Of a DNA stretch of 64,000 bases, positions 54,530-64,000 are shown in pieces. The notes beneath the pieces were generated by a model. It was not told the DNA's origin. It made no database searches and worked only from the letters and a program-made list of their open reading frames with translations. Every line of letters begins with the position of its first letter. Positions within the stretch are counted from its first letter, which is position 1. The translations under genes and the position numbers were made by a program. Origin of the DNA: Octopus sinensis (lineage: Eukaryota); assembly GCF_006345805.1 (NCBI RefSeq), contig NC_043007.1:11346001-11410000 (forward strand), read 5' to 3'.

Positions 54530-55486
54530 ACTTTTTTTTTCTTCTTTCAAATTTGCTTCCATTTCTTGCCGAGTGTCTTCCCGACTCCTAGGGCAAAGAA
54601 ACTCATAGTATACATTGGTAGGCCATTAAACCAAACTCAGTAGTTCGTTCATTTTTTTAATTTTTTTTTTTTAAGTTAAATTAAAATACATGAGCAGCAA
54701 CAGTTCTCACATCGACAGTGCTCTTCTCAATACGTGTGATGTACCAGTTAAGACAATCTTTTGCACTTCTTGCAGGGATGGTAAGCCAGGGATCATTCTC
54801 ATATAATTTTCGGTTCCCTTCTTGATCATTCCTAGTGCTCCTACGATCACTGGTATTGTAACCGCCTTGAGATGCCACATTTTCTCAATTTCAATGAGTA
54901 GGTCTTTATACTTTCTGAGCTTGTCAAACTCTTTCGCTGAGATATTATGATCACAGGGGATGCTCATGTCGATCAATAAGCAAACTTTATTGTTTTGGTC
55001 TTTCACAACAATATCTGGTTTATTGGCCTTGATGGTTCGGTCTGTATGTACTGGAAAGTCCCATAGAATGGTTACATTTTCACCTTCAGTTACAGCCTCA
55101 GGGTGGTGATTATACCACTTGTCGGCAGTTTTGATATTGTAATGCCGACTAATTAGCCAGTGGAGATATTGGCCAACTCTGTCATGTCTTAATTTATACT
55201 CCACTGGTGCTAAGACTTTACATCCAGAGATTAGGTGGTCCACTGTTTCAATCATGTCGTTGCAGAATCGGCATTTTGGGTCTGCTCCATCTGCTTTCAT
55301 CACATTGGCCTGGTAGTTCCGGGTTAATAGGCTTTGATCTTGAGCAGCCAGGATGAAACCTTCGCTCTCTGCTTTTAGCCCTGAGCTCCGTAGCCACTGA
55401 TGGGTTTGCTTCTGGTCAACATCAGCTTGTTTGCTGCGGGTCACATATTTGCCGTGCAGAGGTTTCTCCTCCCACCTATCAGTCAA
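54530..55486 (-). mobile_element. Dong/R4-clade non-LTR retrotransposon, 5'-truncated, in (TAA)n
   Basis: ORF motifs below; TAA repeats on both sides, the known Dong target. Confidence 0.9.
54707..55486 (-). CDS. C-terminal part of Dong/R4 ORF: CCHC knuckle plus restriction-like endonuclease
   Basis: KPLHG, AAQDQ, CRFC..ETVDHLISGC, RHD, KPDIV..LLID, K..KY, IVGALG; uninterrupted 259 aa but truncated, so probably not expressed. Confidence 0.85.
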   Translation of the reverse strand: MTDRWEEKPLHGKYVTRSKQADVDQKQTHQWLRSSGLKAESEGFILAAQDQSLLTRNYQANVMKADGADPKCRFCNDMIETVDHLISGCKVLAPVEYKLRHDRVGQYLHWLISRHYNIKTADKWYNHHPEAVTEGENVTILWDFPVHTDRTIKANKPDIVVKDQNNKVCLLIDMSIPCDHNISAKEFDKLRKYKDLLIEIEKMWHLKAVTIPVIVGALGMIKKGTENYMRMIPGLPSLQEVQKIVLTGTSHVLRRALSM

Positions 55487-55804
55487 TTATTATTATTATC
55501 ATTATTATCATTATTATTATTATTATTGTTGGTAAGGCGGTTAGCTGGCAGAATCATTAGCATGCCAGGCAAAATGCTTAGTGGCATTTCATCCGCTGCT
55601 AGATTCTGAGTTCAAACCACACTGAAGTCGACTTTGTCTTTTATCTTTCGGGGTTGATAAATTAAGTACCAGCGAAACACTGGGGTCGATGTAATTGACT
55701 AGTCCCCACCCCCAAAATTTCTGGCCTTTTGCCCATAGTAGAAAACGCTATTATTAGTGTTATTGTTGCTGCTGTTACTACTGCTGCTGCTGCTGTTGCT
55801 GTTG

Positions 55805-56182
55805 AGTGAAGCGGTCTTCATCTCAGAGCTCGCAAGATCGTGCCTCTATAGTGGGAGAAGTCTGAATCATGGTCCTTTGCTATTCGTAAGACCCGCAGAA
55901 GGGAAAGCAGGTCAACCCCCGACACCGAGAGCATCGATGGATGGATGAATGCGCATCCAGGCTCAGCGGTTGCGTAGGAAATCGGGGACAAGAAACAGGA
56001 AGAAAGAGTGAGAGAAAGTTGGGGCGAAAGAGTACAACAGGGGTTTCCACCACCCCTGCCGGAGCCTCATGGAACTTTAGGTGTTTTCGCTCAATAAACA
56101 CACACAACGCCCGGTCTGGGAATTGAAACCGCGATCCTCCGACCGTGAGTCCGCTGCCTTAACCACTGGGCCATTGCGCCTT
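55805..56182 (-). mobile_element. SINE family C
   Basis: Head as at 7787; tail shared with 60230-60570. Confidence 0.88.
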
Positions 56183-56549
56183 CTGCTGCTGCTGCTTTTG
56201 TTGTTGAGTAGCCCTTGATATGTTCTGCTCTTGCAGACCTACAGCATCATGGTTGCCAATCAAAAACATAAGGTCTGCTGTAAGATTTTTGTATTCTAGA
56301 CACAATGTTTTGGTCTGTCTTGGAATAGAGAGCGATTCCACTTTACAGCCTTTTCTGAAGACATGACCTCAAGGCAAGATACACACTTGCATACTTCATC
56401 AGTGTAGACAGTGAGAGCACTATAAAATCGATGGGTGTTTTTGCAAAAGCTCACCCTAGTGGAATAAATTAGAAAGCAAGCAAGGTTTGACTGCTTTTGA
56501 AGGTGGCCAATTTAATCGGAAATTATGAAAACTAATTTTGTGGTGGTGA

Positions 56550-57100
56550 AATAACAACAATAACAACAACAGCAACGTCATCACCACCATCATCATCATC
56601 ATCATCATCATGATCATCATCATTATTAAAAGTAGCAACAACAATAACAGCATCATCATCATCATCATTAACCGTAACAACAATAGTATCATCATTGTCA
56701 TCATCACCACCACCACCACCGTCATCGTCGTCATCATCATCATCATCATCATTAGACATAACAACAACAGCATCATCATCGTCATCATCATTACCACCAC
56801 TGCCACCATTACCACCACCACCACCGTCGTCGTCATCGTCATCATCATCATCATCATTAGACATAACAACATCATCATCATCGTCATCATCATTACCACC
56901 ACTACCACCATCACCACCACCACCGTCGTTGTCATCATCATCGTCATCGTCATCGTCATCATCATTAAAAGCAACACCAACAATAGCTGCCACATTATCA
57001 TCGTCATCGCCGTCATTGTCATCATCATCATCATCATCATCATCATTATCACCATCATCACCATCAACATTATTATCCTCATCATCACCATCATCATTAT
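56550..57100. repeat. (CAT/CAC)n microsatellite
   Basis: Seen directly. Confidence 0.95.
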
Positions 57101-57684
57101 GAAAAATAACACCAACAACAAGACCAATTCTAAAAACTACACCAACAAACGCTGAAAAGAAATGAGAAGTATATTCAATACAATGCTGGCAGTAACTGGA
57201 AGCTGAGTGTTCCATTTAACCTCTAACATTTTATTCTCTAAATATGAGAAATATAAAGTCAATTGACTGTATGAAGATAACTCTAGAATAGAAGTTTGGG
57301 CTGACCTTCAATATGCAATTAGAAATTTATGGAGGCTTTTGGTCCTTAAATGCTGAAAAAAAAAACTCCTTTTAGCTTTGAAATATTTTTTAATTAGTTT
57401 TATAATTAAGTTCTCACTTTGTGTAATTTAATTATCACAGAAAGAAAGAAAGAAAGAAAAAAAAAGACGTAATATTATTCCATTATTTTCCTGGAATCAA
57501 AGTTTGCCAACAACCAGGATTCAATACCTCTGTGTGAAAACAAACAGATTCAGGTTCTTTGTTAAATACTTTGGAAAAAAGAAAAAGAAAAAAAAAAGAA
57601 AAAGAAAATAAGAAAAAGAAGGAATCAATGTCGCAGAATCTTAGAAAAGTTGCTAATACTGAGTCTATGAGATAACCGATGCAT

Positions 57685-57720
<36 letters not shown>

Positions 57721-58021
57721 GAATACATGTACAGCTATCTATCTACATATCTACCTTCATATATATATATATATATATATAATTATATCGAAGGGAAATG
57801 GAAATTGATAGAAATTTTCACTTCCAGTGGCCTAGCATGTAAAAATTTAGTCCCAAAACTATGTATTACTCATAAAAATACAGTGTACATTTAAACACAT
57901 AAGGAATCCACTCGTGAGATTCCACACACTAGAAAGAACAGCTAGGTTCTATAACCACAAAATTAGGAATAAAATTCGACAGGAACGAAATGAAAAAATA
58001 AAAACTTTTACCATCTAGTTT

Positions 58022-58094
58022 CCTGGACCAATAGGTTTCTGATCTTAGTTTAACAAATAAATAATATTCGCTAGGTGAAATCTTCTTCAACAGG
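58022..58094 (-). ncRNA. variant hammerhead motif (UUGAAGA core)
   Basis: Stem I CCTG/CAGG, TTGAAGA, stem II GATTT/AGATC, GAAA, CC-TATT-GG, GUC; lies in a module related to 10488-10940. Confidence 0.5.
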
Positions 58095-58666
58095 TACATC
58101 TTAGATTAAATATATAAAACACGAGGCAATCAACTATGTGCCTCGTGTTTATACATCCTAATTTTTTCAAAATCTACTGCGCAGCCGCAGCCCCTATTCG
58201 GCAAGAAAAAAAAATGCCAACTTTTAAAATCTGAAAATTATCCAAAAACTTACAATACTTAATCATATGAAAAGGAAAAGGAAAAATATGTGAGTGGAAC
58301 AGTAAAAGTATGCAAGATTTTTCTTAAGTTCCAAATGTGAATTCGTCTGTGTTAACTACATCCCAAAGATGGAGCCTTGTATCTTTGTTGGAAACCGGCT
58401 CCCTCCTCAGTGGATGATTTATAATAATTAAAAAATAGAAGATACATACATACATATTAGGGGTGGGGCAGATAGGTTTGTAAATGCAGGTGAAAAGAGA
58501 GAAAGATAGTTAGTGATGAAGGCAGAAGTGAATGTAGAAAAGGTAACAGGATAGAGATGTAACAGGACAGAAAATGTAACAGAATAGAGATGTAACAGGA
58601 TAGAAAATGTAACAGAATAGGTGGTAAATATCAGGATAGGGGAGAAGGTAAAAGAAATAGCTTATG

Positions 58667-58897
58667 GCAGTGAGCTAGTAGAAATGTTAGCATGCCGGGC
58701 GAAATGCGTAGCCGTATTTCATCTGCCGTGACGTTCTGAGTTCAAATTCCGCTGAGGTCAACTTTGCCTTTCATCCTTTCGGGGTCGATTAAATAAAGCA
58801 CTAGTTACACACTGGGGTCGATATAATCGACTTAATCTGTTTGTCTGTCTTTCTTTGTCCCCTCTGTGTTTAGCCCCTTGTGGGTAGTAAAGAAATA
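58667..58897 (+). mobile_element. SINE family B
   Basis: Consensus match; approximate TSD AAGAAA(T/C)AGCTTA. Confidence 0.85.
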
Positions 58898-60800
58898 AGA
58901 AACAGCTTAGGAATGAGGAAGTGATAAGTGGCAGTACAGAAAGGGCGGAGGGCAGCAGTATAATAAACCTGAAGATAGATCAGAAAATAAGGAGATGAAT
59001 TGCAGGGTTGGAGAGTAGAGAGAGAGAGAGAGAGAGAAATGTACAAGGACATAGGTGAAGCACAGAGGTACATTGTGGTGGCTATTGTGAGTAGAGCAGA
59101 AAGATGTGTGTGTGGAGGTATCAACACCAGATATGAGTGTTTGTTGAGAGTGGTTAACAGATATGAAAAGGCACTTCATCTCATATCCTCCAACATTTCC
59201 CTCTTCCACGGATCACACCTGTTACAGGTGATTGACCTTTCTTTAAAGAGCTACTCTCATGCATATGCATCATGTTCCCATGCCAATGCAATCTTTTCTC
59301 TTACACCCAACATCTAATTTCCCTTATGCCCAGTTTTTTTGTTTTTTTCTCAATATATTTGTATTCTGCTGTTCATGTATATTGACATTGCTCATCCACT
59401 GGAACTTGCTTGCTTCATTTCTTCCAAATTTTTGCAAGACTTCTGCATTCAAAGATCACGTCTCACTACCATGTAACACTGCCATTCACACACAAGCAGC
59501 CTTTCTTAAAAAAAAAAAAATGGGTTTATTACAAACACAGGTAACAGCTCCCTAAACTTTCTCCAGCCTGTTCTTACTCTGGCTACTATACTTTCAGAAC
59601 ATCTTCCTCCACTACTAATGAGGCCATCTCAATAAAAGAAGCTATCTACTACTTCTAAAGATCTTCCTGGGCATTTGAGAAAATCTATTTTCCAAGTAAT
59701 CTTGGTGTTTATTGCACCTACACATCTTCCATATACACAGATTCAGATAACCTGTATATGATTCCAACTGTTCCTTTTGTGCATCCATAATTTACACTGA
59801 GTGTACTGTACGGAATTTCTATCCACTCCTTTTCAACATATAAAGCAAGGCCATTTCCCTGATGGAAACTGGGCTCAGCTTGCTTTCCTACTTATTAACA
59901 CTGTAGTCTTTGCAAAATTAACATTGAGACGTTTTGGTTCCAAATTTTGCTTCTGCGCTAGGAATTTCTCTAATTATCCTACAGATTCAATTATGAGAAT
60001 GAGGTCATCAGTATATAAGAGTTCCTATGGGCATCTGATCTTATGGTCTGGAGGACCATGATGAGTAGAAGAGAACAGAGATCTGAACCATGGTGAATCC
60101 TACCTTCACACTTAATTCATTAATGTATTTGTAGATAACTCTTACATTACTAACTCTGGCAGCTCTGTACATAGCTTGTATGGCTCTCATGAGTAACTCA
60201 TCTACCCCTAGCTTCTTCAAGACCCATTGTGCTAGGGCAGCAGACTCACAGTCGGAGGATCGCGGTTTCAATTCCCAGACCGGGCGCTGTGTGTCTTTGT
60301 TGAGCGAAAACACCTAAAGCTCCACGAGGCTCTGGCAGGGGTGGTGGCGACCCCTGTTGTACTCTTTTGCCCCAACTTTCTCTCACTCTTTCTTCCTGTT
60401 TCTTGTCCCCGACTTCCTACACAACCGCTGAGCCTGGATGCACATTCATCCATCCGTCGATGCTCTCGGTGTCGAGGGTCGATCTGCTTTCTCTTTTGCG
60501 GGTCTTACGAATAGCAAAGGGCCACATATCAGACTTCTACCACTACAGACGAAGACCGCTTCACTCAACAAACAAACAAACAAACATCAGGACCCACTAG
60601 AACCACATAGAGAGTGACCATGTCAAAGGCTATTTCCAGGTAGATAAATGGTAAGTTCAGTGGCTAAACACTCCTAGAAGAGACATCTGTAGTATTTCTC
60701 CCAGGCACCATACCAAACTGCATTTTATCCAGTCTAATTATCTTCCTAATTAGTTGAGCTATAACCCTTCCCATAACACATGCGCCACATGTTCGTTTTT

Positions 60801-61133
60801 CCCTTATTTATTATTGTTTTTGTTTTATGTCTTTTGTCTGGAAATCTTTTGTCACACATCCTGTGACCTCTTCAGCTATGCTCCATCCCATGTGTCTCCT
60901 CTTGAATAGGAGCAAACACATGGGACAGAGGGTTCTGAACAGGAGGAGAAACATGTGATCTCTTCATTGAACCTCCATCCCATGTTTCTGCTTCCGTTCA
61001 GAACCCTCTGTCCCATGTGTTTGCTCCTATTCAAAGGAGACACATGGAATGGAGCGTAGCTGAAGAGGTCACAGGATGTGTGACAAAAGATTTCCAGACA
61101 AAGGACATAAAATAAGAACAATAATAAACAGGG
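60801..61133. repeat. inverted repeat with ~150-bp arms
   Basis: GAATAGGAGCAAACACATGGGACAGAGGGTTCTGAAC vs GTTCAGAACCCTCTGTCCCATGTGTTTGCTCCTATTC. Confidence 0.93.
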
Positions 61134-61670
61134 TGGCAAGCTGGCAGAAACGTTAGCAAGCGGGCAAAATGCTTAGTGGTACTTCATCTGCCATTACATT
61201 CTGAGTTCAAATTCTGCCAAGGTCGACTTTGCCTTTCATCCTTTCAGGGTTGATAAATTAAGTACCAGTTGTGCACTGGGGTTGATGTAATCGACTTAAT
61301 CCGTTTGTCTGTCCTTGTTTGTCCCCTCTGTGTTTAGCCCCTTGTGGGTAGTAAAGAAATAGGTATTTCATCTGTTTTAAGGTGGCGAGCTGGCAGAAAT
61401 GTTAGCACGCCGGGCGAAATACTTAGCGGTTTTTTGTCTGCCACTACGTTCTGAGTTCAAATTCCACCTTATGGGTAGTAAAGAAATAGGTATTTCATCT
61501 GCCGTTATGTTCTAAGTTCAAACTCCGCCGAGGTCGACTTAGCCTTTCATTCTTTCGGAGTTGATTAAATAAGTACCAGTTACGCACTGGGGTCGATGTA
61601 ATCAACTTCATCCCTTTGTCTGTCTTTGTTTGTTGCCTCTATGATTAGCCCCCTGTGGGCAATAAAAAAA
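61132..61670 (+). mobile_element. SINE family B cluster
   Basis: Consensus matches. Confidence 0.85.
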
Positions 61671-61979
61671 TAAATACTAAACAAGTGGAGAACAATTATC
61701 TAGTGTGTGTGCTTATTCTTCCCATAACATTCATAATTTGGTATAGCAATCTGATTCCTCTGCAATTATTTCTCCAAGACATCGCCTTCACCTTGTAGTA
61801 GTTTGATTATGATGCTGTTCTCACCTCTTTTATTTTTTGTCTTTTTATTTGTTTCAGTCATAAGACTGTACTAATCACCTTAAAGAATATTTTGTCACAT
61901 GATTCGACGCCAGTAATTATTTTTTCCAAAGCTTAGTACTTACTCTATTGGGGTCTTTTGCCATCCATTGGTGCCTTAA

Positions 61980-62747
61980 CCCTTTTGTTACTGCATTTAT
62001 TTTGAGATGCTCTGTGTTTCTTTCAATTATTTTAAATCATCATCATCATCATTTAGCGTCCGCTTTCCATGCTAGCATGGGTTGGACGGTTCAACTGGGG
62101 TCTGGGAAGCCAGAAGGCTGCACCAGGCCCAGTCTGATCTGGCAATGTTTCTACAGCTGGATGCCCTTCCTAACGCCAACCACTCCGTGAGTATAGTGGG
62201 CGCTTTTTACGTGCCACTGGCACAGGTGCCAGACGGGGCTGTCAAACGGCCATGGTTGGATGGTGCTTTTTACGTGCCACCGGCATGGGGGCCAGGCAAG
62301 GCTGGCAACGGCCACGATCGGATGGTGCTTTTTACGTGAACAAAGAAATTAGTAAAATAACTTACTTATCAATAAGCTAGTGTTAGGAACATAAATTGTG
62401 ACTAAGGCTTGATGGAAATATTTTAATTCAAAACTTATGAAAACAAGACATTTTATCACAGAGCCAGAGGTGATTTAAGGCAGGTTGGTATCAAAAGGGT
62501 TGGTTAAAAATATCATGGTGACTTTAACCCTTTAGTTACCATATTTCTGTTGAGAAGCTCTGTGTTTCTTTCAATTATTTTAAATATAACAAAGAATTTA
62601 GTAAAATAACTTAGTTATCATTCAGCTAGTGTTAGGAACGTAAATTCTGAGTAAGGCTTGGTGGAATATTTTAAATCAAAACTTATGAAAACAAGACATT
62701 TTACAACAGAGCCAGAGCCGGTTTTGGCCAGGTTAGTAACAAAAGGG
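61980..62747. mobile_element. two adjacent TTAA MITEs (61980-62499 with an RTE tail at 62038-62338; 62528-62747)
   Basis: TTAA|CCCTTT(T/A)GTTAC...(GTAAC/GTATC)AAAAGGG ends; the second copy has TTAA on both sides. Confidence 0.8.
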
Positions 62748-62980
62748 TTAAACACATCACCACCAGTCATCAAGCTGTGGTGGTGGTGGTGGTGGGGAAC
62801 AAAGACAGACACAACAACACGCACACATATAAGGCACACATCCATCTACCAAATCCACTCACAAGGCTTTTTTCAGCCCAAACCTATAGTAAAAGACACT
62901 TGCCCAAGAAGCCATGCTGAACCCAGAACCATGTGGTCAGAAAGCAAACTTCTTATCAATCAGAGCAGATTATGATACCT

Positions 62981-63580
62981 ATTTCTTTACTACCCACAAG
63001 GGGCTAAACACAGAGAGGACAAACAAGGACAGACAAACGGATTAAGTCGATTATATCGACCCCAGTGCGTAACTGGTACTTAATTTATCGACCCCGAAAG
63101 GATGAAAGGTAAAGTCGACCTTGGTGGAATTTGAACTCAGAACGCAACGGCAAACGAAATACTTATTTCTTTACTGCCCACAAGGGGCTAAACACAGAGA
63201 GGACAACAAGGACAGACAAACGGATTAAGTCGATTATATCAACCCCAGTGCGTAACTGGTACTTATTCACGCGATCCCGAAAGGATGAAAGGCAAAGTCG
63301 ACCTCGGTGGAATTTGAACTCAGAACGCAACGGCAAACGAAATACCTATTTCTTTACTACCCACAAGGGGCTAAACACAGAGAGGACAAACAAGGACAGA
63401 CAAACGGATTAAGTCGATTATATCAACCCCAGTGCGTAACTGGTACTTATTCACTCGATCCCGAAAGGATGAAAGGCAAAGTCGACCTCGGCGGAATTTG
63501 AACTCGGAATGTAACGACAGACGAAATACCGCTTAGCATTTCGTCCGACGTGCTAACATTTCTGCCAGCTCGCTGCCCTA
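62981..63580 (-). mobile_element. trimeric SINE family B with 16-bp TSD
   Basis: One head plus three ~183-bp bodies; TSD GCAGATTATGATACCT at 62965-62980 and 63583-63598. Confidence 0.9.
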
Positions 63581-64000
63581 ATGCAGATTATGATACCTTC
63601 CAGTACGTACAACTTAATTGGCTACATGGGTGATTAGGCCATATCCTTATCAGCCAGATATCTGAAGTATCTCGCCAGTAGTTCTTGATAGTTCAGAAGC
63701 TTTCTTTGCCTTCATATCCTTAGTTGCTTTATCTATAATTGTATATTATAGAAACTGATGTATAGAATAGCTGGGTTTTTTGGTTGGGTACAGGCTGGTA
63801 AAACTCTCTTTCTCCTGTGCATTGCATTCTCTACATTTAATAGCCTTCAATAAATGCACTTGCATGGCTCTTTCTTTTCAGAATCACTAATAGCAAGTAG
63901 GCCATTAACCATATGTACACATTTTATTTCTATCCCCTCTGTGATGGATTGGATGCATACATACATACATACATACATACATACATACACACACACACAT

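Larger units (their letters stand above)
59260..61820 (-). pseudogene. older RTE LINE fossil interrupted by SINE C (60230-60570) and an insertion at 60779-61717
   Basis: GSET, GKWPCFIC.KGVDRNS, YTDDL, KLGVDE, QFGMVPGR in decayed frames. Confidence 0.8.

Noticed and set aside
56335-56410. CTGAAGA and opposite-strand CTGATGA...GAAA
   Set aside because: Stems do not pair; consistent with chance

Overview
Repeat-dominated, AT-rich animal genomic DNA. The SINE and microsatellite repertoire looks like Octopus (recognised from memory, not searched). I found no host protein-coding gene; almost every ORF in the track is translated microsatellite or SINE. Identifiable content: TA/CA/ATCT/CAT/TAA microsatellites, three tRNA-derived SINE families, RTE LINEs (two long copies carrying a C4HC3 PHD-type finger inside the RT, plus many 3' tails), a Dong/R4 restriction-endonuclease fragment in (TAA)n, a CR1 3' end, Tc1 and mariner fossils, Helitron pieces, TTAA MITEs, a decayed Penelope ORF and a 100-N gap. 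The most striking signal is at least seven separate type I hammerhead-ribozyme folds (CUGANGA...GAAA...NUH, often with a short palindromic stem III). They lie in short non-coding Penelope-LTR-like modules, mostly beside (TA)n tracts, and several are inside or next to inverted repeats. Three other modules carry the two core motifs in reverse order exactly 25 nt apart. A ~550-bp non-coding element sits only in (TAA)n, in one orientation, next to the Dong copy. All folds and alignments were done by eye.
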